From the IMG/VR virus record IMGVR_UViG_3300050336_000035, positions 32,001 through 96,000 of that record: DNA of 64,000 nucleotides. One strand, 5' to 3'. This DNA comes from a virus. Taxonomy: Duplodnaviria; Caudoviricetes. Positions 41,740 through 53,039 of this stretch are shown here, piece after piece. The translations under genes were made by a program, and so were the position numbers. Under the pieces are notes generated by a model that saw nothing but the letters and a program-made list of their open reading frames with translations, did no database searches and was not told the origin of the DNA. Every line of letters begins with the position of its first letter. Position 1 is the stretch's first letter.

Positions 41740-42627
41740 AACATGACCAAATACGAATATTATCTCAATTGATAAAACATGGCAATATACTAAAGATATT
41801 AAAGTACAAAAGTATTATTAATATTAAAATAATCAGGAAAGGAGTATATTGCTATGTTAGGAAAATTAGAAGATAAGCTAGTTGAAAAGTGTAGAGAATC
41901 CGAATCATTTGCATGGGGATTAACTGCATTTGGTATGGTTCTGATGGTTGTAATAGCAAGTTTATAAGATTACATAATTACAGGGTGGTAGGGTGGGGAG
42001 ATAAAACATATGAATGAAAAATTTTGGGAATTTATAAATAATCATTGGGTATTTTCACAAAGAGAAAAAGATATTAACTCTATGACGGGATTATTATATG
42101 AAATGAATAGAAGACATAATTATACAATAAAAGTAGATTATGAAGGAGCTTATTTAGATTTATTGTGCTTGTTTGAAGATTATGTAGAATTTGTGAATGG
42201 AAAACAGGAGGAAAATTAAATGAAGGAATGGTGTATGGCTCATCCATGGATGACATTCTTTATAATAATTGCATTTTTAATAACAATGGAAAATGTATTT
42301 GTAGTTATAAATAATAAGATAAAATTAAGAGCTATAGAAATTGAGAATAAAAAATAGGTTTGATATAGATTGGAGATTGAAGTAGATGAAACATACAGGA
42401 TTATATTGTTTAATATGTGAACCGCTTGTTGAGTTAATAGAACAACCTACTGGTATAGTAGATATATATGACCAATGGTTTTACCAAGATTATACCTGTC
42501 CTAATTGTGGAGCATATCATAGATGTTCTTCACAATCTGGTGATATGATTCAAGAAAACTTAGATATAATTGGGTAGTTAATGAATATTAGATTTTATCC
42601 TATTAATATAATAGAAAGGTATTAAAA

Positions 42628-43449
42628 ATGAGTGAATATAAATTAATAAATGTAAGAGTTTTTCATCCTGCGGCTAAAGACGTTAAAGAAAGATGTGAAT
42701 ATACATATTGTAATAATTGTGAGAATTGTGAATTATATAAACAAAGAAAATGCCTACATGACTATAGATATTTTGGTTGTATTCAATGTCCTTATGGAAA
42801 ATATTCTCAGGAACAAGGATATACTCAAAAAGCGAAATCATTTTATAGTTGGATGAATAATAAAAAAGAGACTTACAAAGATGTTTTAAATGCAGTTGAA
42901 TTTTATACCGATAAACTTGCAAAAGTCGGAGAATACATATATCTTCCATATCCTCATTTAAAAAACTATGTAAATTCTTTAAATGGACTAATAAATGAAC
43001 ATTTTTTAAAAGAAGCTGATTTTACAAGTCAGAAAATATTAGAAATTATTAACTTTAGACCACAGGCATTAATGGGTGGAGAAATAAGAGATTTTCAGAT
43101 AAAAGAAGTGCCTAAGTTTATTCAACATTTAAAAGAAGAACTTCCAGAAAAATATAATGAATTTGTTAAAACATATCCAGAGAAAACTAAGCAATACTCA
43201 GAAATAGCAAGTAATTATATTGGAAGAAAAGCTTATATTAAAACATTAAAAATAGGTACTGCTGTAGTAGATATACATGGAGATAGTTTTATATTTGATG
43301 GAGAGTACTTATATAATGAAAATTTTAAACCTAGTTTTGCTCCATTTGATACTAAAGGTGGATTATTTAAGTTTAAAGTTACTGATGATATGGTAGTAAA
43401 AATAACAAACAATGAACAAGTAATTAATACTACAAAATTTATAGATTAA
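42628..43449 (+). CDS. Cys-rich hypothetical phage protein
   Basis: 273 aa; bounded by dyads 42581 and 43450. Confidence 0.8.
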   Translation: MSEYKLINVRVFHPAAKDVKERCEYTYCNNCENCELYKQRKCLHDYRYFGCIQCPYGKYSQEQGYTQKAKSFYSWMNNKKETYKDVLNAVEFYTDKLAKVGEYIYLPYPHLKNYVNSLNGLINEHFLKEADFTSQKILEIINFRPQALMGGEIRDFQIKEVPKFIQHLKEELPEKYNEFVKTYPEKTKQYSEIASNYIGRKAYIKTLKIGTAVVDIHGDSFIFDGEYLYNENFKPSFAPFDTKGGLFKFKVTDDMVVKITNNEQVINTTKFID

Positions 43450-44087
43450 ATCAAACTTCGATTTCATGGAAAGGACGGTAAGTATGGAAAATAATATATA
43501 TTTTATATCTACAAATGATAAACCTGTTAAATTAATAATAGAAAATCAAAATGACACAACAACAAAAACAGAGAAATATAAAAAGACATTATATGAAGTG
43601 CTAAAAAACGAATTGAGATTTAACCACACACTAAGAAGAAATTTAACTAAACAACAAATACATACAGAAAATGGTAAATTAAAACATGGAAGATTTAATG
43701 AAGTTATTAATTTCTTAATTAAAAGAGGAGTATCAAAAGAATATATAGAAACTGAAGTTAATCAAGAAAGAGAAAGAGTAGTATTTAGTACAAGAATAAA
43801 TATTCCAATCAGCAATATTTCAGACAATAGATTTGGAATTATCAATTTAACATAAAATTTCTATTTTATAACATGTAAGGAGTGATAAATATGCCATTTT
43901 TAACAGGATTGATAGGATGTTTAATAATTAGTTTATGGGTAATAGGTCTTATTAAAGGCAATGAAGTAGCTTGTGATTGGTATGGAGCTAAAGGTAATTG
44001 GTTTATTTTTATATATTTAGTGTTATCAGTTTTAATTGCTGACGGAATATTTAATATTATTACTAGAATATAGAAAGGGACTACATA

Positions 44088-44363
44088 ATGGATAATAGGA
44101 TAAAAGTTTTAGATTGGGTCAATTCTGAAAGAGATAGACAAGAGTCTAAATGGGGAGAACAAAATCATACTCCTGAAAAATGGGTAGGGATTTTAGGTGA
44201 AGAATATGGGGAGTTTTGTGAGGCAATAAATGAAACAGTTTTCTTTAATAATACTACTAAAGGTGGTTATGAAAATATGAAAAATGAAGCAATACAGACT
44301 GCTGCTGTAGCAATTGCTTTTGTAGAATGTTTGGAAAGAAATAAAGAAAAGTGGGGTTTATAA
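44088..44363 (+). CDS. MazG-like nucleotide pyrophosphatase
   Basis: ERDRQESKWGEQNH...LGEEYGEFCEA...EAIQTAAVA. Confidence 0.85.
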   Translation: MDNRIKVLDWVNSERDRQESKWGEQNHTPEKWVGILGEEYGEFCEAINETVFFNNTTKGGYENMKNEAIQTAAVAIAFVECLERNKEKWGL

Positions 44364-44410
44364 AACCAAACCAAATGACACTTCTATAGCATTTAAAGAA
44401 AGGCTTTTAT

Positions 44411-46438
44411 ATGAGAAAAGATGGATTAACTGAGCAAGAAGGAAAAATAATGGATTCATTAGTAGATGCTTGGAATGAATTTATTAAATTAGATAGACAG
44501 CATCCTTGTGAAATTAATGATTTTGCAGACGGAATACATAGATGTCAATATCAATTGACTATGAGAATATTAAGAAGAGATTATCCAGAAGGATATCCAA
44601 TAAAAATATAATTCTAAAGGAGATAAATATATGAAAATTGAAATTAAAGGCGATAGTAATAGTAAACAACTAATAAAAATGCTTGCATGGATTGAATTGT
44701 TAGGTAATGTAGGGCACAGTGCTTCATTTAAAGTATTTGCTGATGGAGATGGTTCTACTAGATGGAAGTTCAAATTTGAAGATGAAGAACAACAGAAAGA
44801 GTTTGATTTATTGAGAAAAGAATTGTGTAAAGTACATATTGATGGAAATAAGGATATAGAATATTTTTCTATATAACATGATGAAACAGCTCATTTATCA
44901 TGAGTGGAAAGGATAAAAATGTTAGAAAATATGAACACAGCTAGTCCATTTTTAACAGGTATAATTGAAGGTGAATTTATGACTTATTGTTATCAAGTTA
45001 AATGTGGTAGTAAACCTATAGCATTCACAACTTTAAAAACTAAATATATTGATTTAGCGGTATCTTATGTAAAAGAGAAATACAGTCTTAATACTTATAT
45101 TGAGGAAATAGAAAATTGTCCTGAATGGAAGATTATTTATATATACAAGCATGATTATCTAATAGAAATAATTAAATACTTACCTAAGAATCCTCAAACT
45201 TCTTATGACCATTGGATAATTGGGAAAGCATGTGGATATTCAGATGATGCTATTGGCGAATTTCTTAGTAAAAGAGTTGTAAAATAATATAATAAAAACC
45301 CAATTTGCTTCTGATTTTTGGAAAGGAGAATATTATGACAGCATTAAAATTGTATAAGTTTATTCAAGAAAATGATATAGAGCTTCGTTGGGAAGATGAA
45401 GAATTAATTGCATGGGTTGGATTTCATTGTATTAGTGAATTTACAGACATGATAGGATATGATTATTTATCAGATGGAGGATTAGATGCAAATTTACAAT
45501 ATCATTGTCTTGCTTTAGATATTGTTCCTATATGTGAATACTTTGATATTGAACCTACAGATATATTAGAAAAGGAATAATAAAAACACAATGAAATTCC
45601 ATTTTCATGTGGTTTGAAAGGAGTAATTTAAAACTATGAGATTAATAACAATTGTTGAAAATAAAATAGATATTGGAGATATTTTTATTTTTTCAGATTG
45701 TAATGCATTCATGATTAGTAAATTAGAAGATTTATATTTAGCAACACAATTATTAAATAATGGAAATAGAGAGTTAGGATTTGTTGATTATTCTGACAAG
45801 AATATATATAAATTAAAAGAAAGATTATGTCATGATTACGGAACGCCAAAAAATATAGTTCATATGAAAGATGTGAATTTATCTATATTTTAGATAAAAC
45901 CATTCTTTGGTTGTAATATAGGAGACTTAATAAAGAAATTTAAGGAGAAATTGTTATGGGAATGTATACAGGAATTAGATTTAAGGGATATGTTAAACCT
46001 CAATTTAGAGAAGATTTTGAAGGAATAGCATTAAGCGGTGATTGGAATGAATCTAACGATGAAGTATTTAGAACTTTTGGTCAGATAGGTAGGTCTGGGT
46101 TTATACCATGTGGCGGTTTATCATATATGCCTGATGAATGGGAAGTGTATGATGAATCATTAAAGGGTTCATATGATTATTATCGGTTAGCAAAGGCTAC
46201 CGATGGTTTTGAAAGAACTTGGAACAAAGATACAGGTTATTGGACTTTTCAATGTAGCTTAAAGAATTATGAAGATGAAATTGAAGAATGGTTCAAAATC
46301 GTTCCATATTTTATTGATAAGATAGAGCATCTAGAATATTTCTATGAAGAATGGACGTATAGCCAACAATATGATTTAGTTGATGGAAAAATCGAATTAA
46401 TAAATGATAGATTTAGAAAATACGGATATGAAGATTAA
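44411..46438 (+). other. Small hypothetical genes (44411, 44631, ~44919, ~45335, 45636, 45956)
   Basis: ORF track, SD sites, dyads at 44370, 44881, 45292, 45591, 45894, 46446. Confidence 0.7.
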
Positions 46439-46496
46439 TATTAACATAAATCTTATCTTTTATGCACTTTTAATATTATTATAATTTTTAAGGAGA

Positions 46497-47312
46497 GTGA
46501 TTACTATTTCGAAAATAGTAAATGATAAATATTATACTTCGCCAGAATTGGCAGAATACATAGTTAATAAAACAAAAGAAGTAATAGGTGTAGAAAACAT
46601 TTCAGAATATTTAGAATCATCAGCAGGGGCAGGAGTGTTTTTAGATTATCTTGATAAACCTTACATAGCTTATGATATTGAGCCTGAAGATGATAGAATT
46701 ATTAAACAAGATTTTCTTAGTCTAAATTTAGATTACAAAAAGAATAGATGCATTATAGGAAATCCACCTTATGGAGAAAAGAATGTTTTATCAGTTCAAT
46801 TCTTTAAAAAAGCTTTAGAGTTAGGTGACTATATAGTATTTATACTTCCTATTAGTCAATATAAAAATAATTATCAAATGTTTGAATTTGATATGATTTA
46901 TAGTGAAGACTTAGGATTACAACATTATACCGATAGAGATTTACAATGTTGCTTGAATATCTATAAAAGACCTAAAAATGGTTTAAATAAGAAACCGAAC
47001 TACAAGCTTAAAGACGTTGAAATAAAAGAAAATAGGCGAACAGGACAACAAATATCCGATATTAAAGATTATGATGTGGGCATTTGTTCTTTTGGAAGTG
47101 GAATTATAGGTAGGCAACCTCAATATCAAGGACAATATGCTAAAGAATTTTATTTTAAAATACATAATGATAACTTGAAAAATAGAATAATTGAATTAAT
47201 ATCAACTACCGACTGGGAATTGGAAGTTTGTAACGGAATAAGTGGTCAGACTAATTTAGCTCAATGGCAAGTATATAAATACATAAAAGAACAAATTCCA
47301 GAAATTCAGTAA
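46497..47312 (+). CDS. Amino-DNA methyltransferase (orphan)
   Basis: DKYYTS, LESSAGAGVF (SAM binding), IIGNPPYG. Confidence 0.85.
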   Translation: MITISKIVNDKYYTSPELAEYIVNKTKEVIGVENISEYLESSAGAGVFLDYLDKPYIAYDIEPEDDRIIKQDFLSLNLDYKKNRCIIGNPPYGEKNVLSVQFFKKALELGDYIVFILPISQYKNNYQMFEFDMIYSEDLGLQHYTDRDLQCCLNIYKRPKNGLNKKPNYKLKDVEIKENRRTGQQISDIKDYDVGICSFGSGIIGRQPQYQGQYAKEFYFKIHNDNLKNRIIELISTTDWELEVCNGISGQTNLAQWQVYKYIKEQIPEIQ

Positions 47313-47387
47313 GTTTGTCACATAATTATAATATGATAATCGAAGTATACGAGAGATTGTAAGAGTAAACAGAAGTTATAGTTTACC

Positions 47388-47487
47388 AATTTATGAATGA
47401 AAACGCTGATTCATTCACTTTTTAAAAGTGATTTATGGTATCTGAACTAATGTCCGCTTAACCAACAAGCATATTGAATCAATGCTT
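47388..47487 (-). ncRNA. omegaRNA-like guide RNA L2 (scaffold ~47408-47487)
   Basis: Homologous to L1/R1/R2 with compensatory changes. Confidence 0.75.
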
Positions 47488-47494
47488 AATTAGA

Positions 47495-47523
47495 ATTATA
47501 ATAGTAATTGTAATAATTGTCAA
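47495..47523 (-). promoter_or_regulatory. sigmaA promoter for ncRNA L2
   Basis: Minus strand TTGACA-N17-TATAAT. Confidence 0.8.
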
Positions 47524-47662
47524 TACTTTTAGTATTTTATCGTTATTAATATAAATTATGTTGACATTGTAGTTCAATTAATGTATACTAATAATTGTAA
47601 GATAACATCTCTTCCCCGTTACTACATAATATTATATAATAGCTTATGGGAGAGTGATATAT

Positions 47663-47866
47663 ATGGTTAAGAATAGGTTAAAAGAAATATTAGATGACAG
47701 AGGAATTAAACAAAAATGGTTAGCTGAAAAAGCAAATGTTAAAGAAAACACATTATCAGGTATCATAAATAATAAAACCGTAACAAGTGTAGATATAGCA
47801 ATAAGAATTGCAAAAGTTTTAGAAATGCCTGTTGAAGATATATTTCAAGACCAAGATTCATTTTAA
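47663..47866 (+). CDS. XRE/Cro HTH regulator (paralog of 13069)
   Basis: KNRLKEILDDRGIKQKWLAEK; start could be GTG 47654. Confidence 0.9.
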   Translation: MVKNRLKEILDDRGIKQKWLAEKANVKENTLSGIINNKTVTSVDIAIRIAKVLEMPVEDIFQDQDSF

Positions 47867-47980
47867 CAGAATTATTATTCATTATTCTGAATTTTTATAT
47901 TGACATATTGAATTTATTCCCTTATAATAAAAATGTAAGTTAAAGGTTGCAACCACACTTACCAAATTTATTATAAGGGA

Positions 47981-48448
47981 GTGTCTAATATGAAATTAGA
48001 AAAATTGAATCAGTTGGGTAAAGAATGTAGTTTAAGGAAATTATCTCAATTCTTAGGTATGAGGGTTGAAGTAAGTATTAATACTCATACTCATAATAAC
48101 AATTTAATGTGTACATATTTCTATGAAAGTTTCGATTTTGATGCAGGTGAATTTATACTATGTCTATTTGATAAGAAAGATGAAACATTAAATACTAGGA
48201 TTAATAATGAATTAATTTTAGAAGTAAAAAATCTAACTGAAGATTTATATGATGATGTAATTCATATCTATACAAATGATTTTATCTTATCCATTACAAC
48301 ATTAGAACAGAAACTTATCCTTCCTAAATGCAATCATTGTGGCAAAGAAATTGAGCATAATGAATACTGGTTATCTGGAGCTTATGGTGATTTGAGATTA
48401 TGCGAAGATTGCTCTTATCCATTATATCCAATCAGTGAAGAAAATTAA
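47981..48448 (+). CDS. Beta-rich protein with C-terminal Zn ribbon
   Basis: CNHC...CEDC; preceded by TTGACA-N17-TATAAT and GGTTGCAACC (47945). Confidence 0.75.
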   Translation: MSNMKLEKLNQLGKECSLRKLSQFLGMRVEVSINTHTHNNNLMCTYFYESFDFDAGEFILCLFDKKDETLNTRINNELILEVKNLTEDLYDDVIHIYTNDFILSITTLEQKLILPKCNHCGKEIEHNEYWLSGAYGDLRLCEDCSYPLYPISEEN

Positions 48449-48475
48449 AAATATGAGTAGAAAGGAGGAGTAATC

Positions 48476-49879
48476 ATGGCTATGGAAATGAGAGCAATCA
48501 AATTTTATTCCAATAATAAAACTACAACTGAAGATTTTAATCGAGGCATTAACTTTTTAACCGAATGCCAAGAAGTTGAAAATAAGCTATTAGAATATTA
48601 CTGGACTAACTTTAATGAAGTTATTAGTGTTAGAACTTGGATTGATTTCTATAGTAAAAGAATTATGATTACTTCTCCTTCTACTAAATTTCAGCATTAT
48701 ATGCAAATACTTCACATGGTTTATATGCAATTAAAAAGTTTAGAAGAAAAAACTAAGCAAAAGGTTCACTTTAAATTTGAAGATAAAATGCAACAACGCA
48801 TTTACAATTACTGTAGTAAGTTTGTTTTTGACTGGGATAGACTTGAAAAGTACATTAATAAACAAGTTAAAGAATATAAAAAGAAAGATAAGAAATATTA
48901 TGATTTCTTAATGGAAGTAAAAAATATAATAGACAATGACTTATACTTCTTAACTTTACAACAAGATATTGAAAATAAGTTTTGGGAGTTAAAAAACAAA
49001 ATAAATCTACCTAGAAAGAAGTCTAAACAAATTTGGGCTACTACGTTTCATACCGTAGATATTGAGAAGTATGAGGGTTATTGGATTTTTGTTATTGATA
49101 CTAATAAGTTTATTACTAAACGTAAAATGGAAAATTTCAGAATAGTAGTAGATATATCAGATTATCATAATAGTATATTAGATAATTATAATTTAAATAA
49201 CACTTTTACTATTAAATTTAATAATTATGATAGATTTGAAATTATTGGTGTATATGAAAAAGAAATTATTTATCCTGAACCTAAACCTACTAAAACAATT
49301 GGTATTGATATTGGCTTAAAGAATTTAATTGTATCTTCCGATGGTGATTATATTGAGCAGAATAAAACAATATTAAAGAAAGCTCAAAAATTAATTAAGA
49401 ATCAAGCAAATAGACAAAGTTTAGAAGCACATATGAAAAAGAAATTAGATAACGAAAATTATACTCTACCTGATAAAAATTATATGAAGAAGCAGAACAA
49501 ACTAAGTAGATTTGTTCAATGTGATAATCGTTATAAAGTTAAACAATTTCTCAAAGGTAAAGAAGATACCCATATCATTATGGAAGACTTACAATTAAAT
49601 GATGCTAAGACTTATAGTAAAGAAGTAAATTATATGCTTAGAAGAATGAAGATTCAAGGGGTTAAAAATGATATTTTAAAGTATACAAAAGAAATGGGTA
49701 TAAAGACAACACAAGTAAATCCAAGATATACAAGTATTGATTGCCCTATCTGTGGAAATAGAGACAAACAAAATAGACAAACACAAGAATTATTTAAATG
49801 TACTAAATGTAGTCATACAGATAATGCAGACCATAATGCTAGTGTTAATATTGAAAATAGATATTTGAAAGCACAATGA
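48476..49879 (+). CDS. tnpB: TnpB/Cas12f-like RNA-guided nuclease, RuvC triad intact
   Basis: IGIDIG, IIMEDL, CPIC...CTKC, NADHNASVNI; close paralog of 13815-15215. Confidence 0.9.
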   Translation: MAMEMRAIKFYSNNKTTTEDFNRGINFLTECQEVENKLLEYYWTNFNEVISVRTWIDFYSKRIMITSPSTKFQHYMQILHMVYMQLKSLEEKTKQKVHFKFEDKMQQRIYNYCSKFVFDWDRLEKYINKQVKEYKKKDKKYYDFLMEVKNIIDNDLYFLTLQQDIENKFWELKNKINLPRKKSKQIWATTFHTVDIEKYEGYWIFVIDTNKFITKRKMENFRIVVDISDYHNSILDNYNLNNTFTIKFNNYDRFEIIGVYEKEIIYPEPKPTKTIGIDIGLKNLIVSSDGDYIEQNKTILKKAQKLIKNQANRQSLEAHMKKKLDNENYTLPDKNYMKKQNKLSRFVQCDNRYKVKQFLKGKEDTHIIMEDLQLNDAKTYSKEVNYMLRRMKIQGVKNDILKYTKEMGIKTTQVNPRYTSIDCPICGNRDKQNRQTQELFKCTKCSHTDNADHNASVNIENRYLKAQ

Positions 49880-49888
49880 GGATATGTT

Positions 49889-50086
49889 ATGAATGATGGA
49901 TATTATGAAACAATTGGATTTTTAGGACAAAAATTTACTTGGTATTTTTCAAATGATTCATGTGTTGTAGTTAATGAAGCCACTGAAGAAGAATGCGAGT
50001 TTCCTATTTCAAAAATTAGTATTACAAATGATACAATAAAAATTAAAGGAAGCCATTCTTTTACAATTTTACCTTTGGATAACTAA
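49889..50086 (+). CDS. Small hypothetical protein inside module 2
   Basis: 65-aa ORF with SD between tnpB and ncRNA R2. Confidence 0.65.
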   Translation: MNDGYYETIGFLGQKFTWYFSNDSCVVVNEATEEECEFPISKISITNDTIKIKGSHSFTILPLDN

Positions 50087-50104
50087 GTGAATATTTCAAT
50101 AAAA

Positions 50105-50204
50105 AGGCATTTATTTATATGCCTGTAGGTTAAGCGTACTTTAGTACAGACACCACAAATCACTTTATAATAAGTGAATAAATAACGTGTTTTATTTACT
50201 TTTA
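50105..50204 (+). ncRNA. omegaRNA-like guide RNA R2 (scaffold ~50105-50184)
   Basis: AGGCAT/ATGCCT, GTAC/GTAC and CACTT/AAGTG stems. Confidence 0.75.
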
Positions 50205-50232
50205 GTTATTAATATAATATGGAGGTTAATTT

Positions 50233-50994
50233 TTGGCACATAGAAAATATAAAGATACTCATAGAATAAATGAACAAGGTTTAGAAGAAAAACAGTGTAG
50301 AGATTGTAATGAATGGCTTTTAATGAATAATACATACTTTAACACAGTAAATGGGAAGAAAGATAAATTAAATGACAGATGTAAAATATGCCAAGACATT
50401 TATCAAAGAATCAATTATTTAAAAAATGCCGACAAACAAAGAGAAAAAGCTAAAAAGAGAAGACTTGAAAAACTACCTGAAATTACTGAATATTTTTTGC
50501 AGTATTATAAAAACAATAGAGAGTCTATGAAAGCAAAAAATAAACAGTATAAAAAGGAACATTCTGAATATTATAAAGAAAATAGCAGAAAATTTAGACA
50601 GTCTGAACGTGGTCGTGAAAGATGTAAAATTTATAACAGGAAACATAGAATCAAAAAACACCAAATAACTAATAAGGAATGGGAAAATTGTAAAAAGTAT
50701 TTTGATTACAAATGTTGTTATTGTGGGCTTCCATTATCAGAACATTATTATACCAGAAAAGGTATTACAAAACTAGGAGATTTTCACAAGGAACATATTA
50801 TAGATGATGGGAAGAATGATTTAAGTAATTGTGTTCCTAGCTGTCAATCTTGTAATAGTAGTAAAAGAGAGTACTCTTTACATACATGGTATAACCCTCA
50901 AAATCCTTTTTATGATAAAGATAGATATCATAAATTGTATTTATGGATTAGATATGATTATAAAAAATACATAAAAAAGAAAAAGATAAAATAG
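50233..50994 (+). CDS. HNH endonuclease
   Basis: CCYCG...HKEHII...NCVPSCQSCNSSK. Confidence 0.9.
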   Translation: MAHRKYKDTHRINEQGLEEKQCRDCNEWLLMNNTYFNTVNGKKDKLNDRCKICQDIYQRINYLKNADKQREKAKKRRLEKLPEITEYFLQYYKNNRESMKAKNKQYKKEHSEYYKENSRKFRQSERGRERCKIYNRKHRIKKHQITNKEWENCKKYFDYKCCYCGLPLSEHYYTRKGITKLGDFHKEHIIDDGKNDLSNCVPSCQSCNSSKREYSLHTWYNPQNPFYDKDRYHKLYLWIRYDYKKYIKKKKIK

Positions 50995-51740
50995 GAAAGG
51001 AGAAAATTAATATATGATATATCAGTTTACAGCTTATTATGGAGCGTTAATAAGAGATAAGGTGATTTACTCTATGGAATTAAGCTTCAATGATTGTACT
51101 AAATTTTTAACTGAAGATATTGATAGTGAACCATATAAAGATTACATAGCTAAAAAGATTATTGCTGATGGATTCAATCCAAATGATTTCACTTTTGATT
51201 GGTTAACCAAAGAACAGTATAAAAATAAAATTGAATCAAAAGTTGATGAGAGATATGAATTTGATGAGAATAATTTTACTAAGAAAGGAATAGAATAATA
51301 TGTTTAAGAAATTAAAAATTAAGTATAAAAAGTCAAGTCAAAATGTACATATTATATGGATGACATGGGGCAAGAAATTTAGATGGATAAGTTTTGAATG
51401 TAGTACTCCTGCATGGTGGCTACCTAAATATGAGAAGTTTAATAAAGGTACTAGATTTGGATGGTTAGTATTTGCTATTGGTACAGGAGTTGTTACTAGA
51501 GAACAAATGGACGCACTTAATATGATGCAAATTCAATAATATAATGAAACAATGATTTTCTTCACTTTTTTCCTAACTAACATGGTGAGATTCCATGTTA
51601 ATATAGACTTCATATAGAGTGACTTACTATTATGCCCCTACGGGCTTTATATAGATTTAAATAATCTTATGAATATTAATATAATATGTAACACTTGACA
51701 ATATTAAAATAATATACTATAATAAAGAGGTGGTAAACAA

Positions 51741-51944
51741 ATGTGTGAAATGAGAGGATATAGTCCAAGAGAATTTAAGATGATACTTGATAAAAATGGA
51801 TGGAAACCGAACCATCAAAAAGGGACACACTGTACATATATTAAAGATGGAATGTCATATCATATTACCTTTTCTGATAAAGGTAAAGAATTGAGTAGGC
51901 CATTGGTAAAACGGATAATAAAGGAAGCACATTTAGTTGTGTGA
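51741..51944 (+). CDS. hicA: HicA-family toxin-like protein (no hicB adjacent)
   Basis: ILDKNGWKPNHQKGTHCTY...ELSRPLVKRIIKEA. Confidence 0.8.
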   Translation: MCEMRGYSPREFKMILDKNGWKPNHQKGTHCTYIKDGMSYHITFSDKGKELSRPLVKRIIKEAHLVV

Positions 51945-51978
51945 TTAGTAATATAATTATAGAAAGGATTTATTACAT

Positions 51979-53003
51979 ATGTGGATTAGAACACAGGATA
52001 GAAAAATATTAGTAGAAATTAAAACTAAAATTGAAATTATTCATGATGATGAAGATATAGATATACCAATTGGAATATTTAATTTTGATTCAGGGCTTAC
52101 ACTTTTAGGCGAATATAAAACTATGGAGAGAGCATTAGAAGTTATTGATGATATTCAACTTAAATTATCAGAATATGAAGCATTTAAGTCAAGGAATGTT
52201 TTAGAAAGTGTTGATACATGTTTTTGTATGCCGTTAGAATAGTGTACATAGAATATATGTATGATTCTGTTTTTAAAGAGAGGAATAAATTTATGAATCA
52301 CGAAACAAAAGAAATCATAATTAATAATGATGTAATCCCCGTAGATAAAGAAATGGCAGATGTAATAATTACCTTAAATAAATTAGGATATAAAACCAGT
52401 GGTTGTTGTATTGGCAATGAAGGAAATAATTCTGCATGGATAATTATTCAAGAAATAAACGAAGATAAAATGATTAACTTAATGAAAAAATTAGATAATT
52501 GTTGTTATCAGTTAACTAAGCAGTTATATAAGAAAAAATCAGATAATATAATTTATGTACAATATAAATTAGAAACACCAGAAGGGAATATACCTAATAG
52601 GATATTGTGGGTTAATCAGTGGGCAAATATTCTAGAATGGTGTGATATAGCTACACAATGTTATACAGATTATAAAACTCAAAATCAAATTATAAATTAT
52701 AATACTGTAGATAAATTATTTCAATAAAATGTTTATTTTATTTAGAGTGAGGTGATTAAAATTAAATTAATTAGTAATGTAAAATTAATATCAAATAAGA
52801 AAAATGGTAACTGGTTTTTATGGTTTACCCATAATGAAAAGCATTATTGCATCTTTTGGGAGTGTTCTAAACCTGTATGGTGGATTCCAAAGATTGATAA
52901 AAGTACTACTTATATAAGATTTGGATGGTTACTATTTTCTTTTGGTTTTGGTAAACATCCAAAAGAGAACAAGACAAAGACACTTGACAAATTATTTTAT
53001 TAA
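51979..53003 (+). other. Hypothetical genes (51979-52242, ~52293-52727, 52752-53003); 52752 is paralogous to 51300-51539
   Basis: Shared ECS.P.WW.PK...RFGWL.F motif. Confidence 0.7.
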
Positions 53004-53039
53004 TGTTAAAATAAATTTAGACAATATGAAAGGAGATTT

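Larger units (their letters stand above)
47397..50195 (+). mobile_element. TnpB module 2
   Basis: Same order as module 1 plus one extra ORF; bounded by dyads 47397 and 50178. Confidence 0.75.

Noticed and set aside
46497-47312. Restriction-modification system
   Set aside because: No adjacent restriction endonuclease; treated as an orphan methyltransferase
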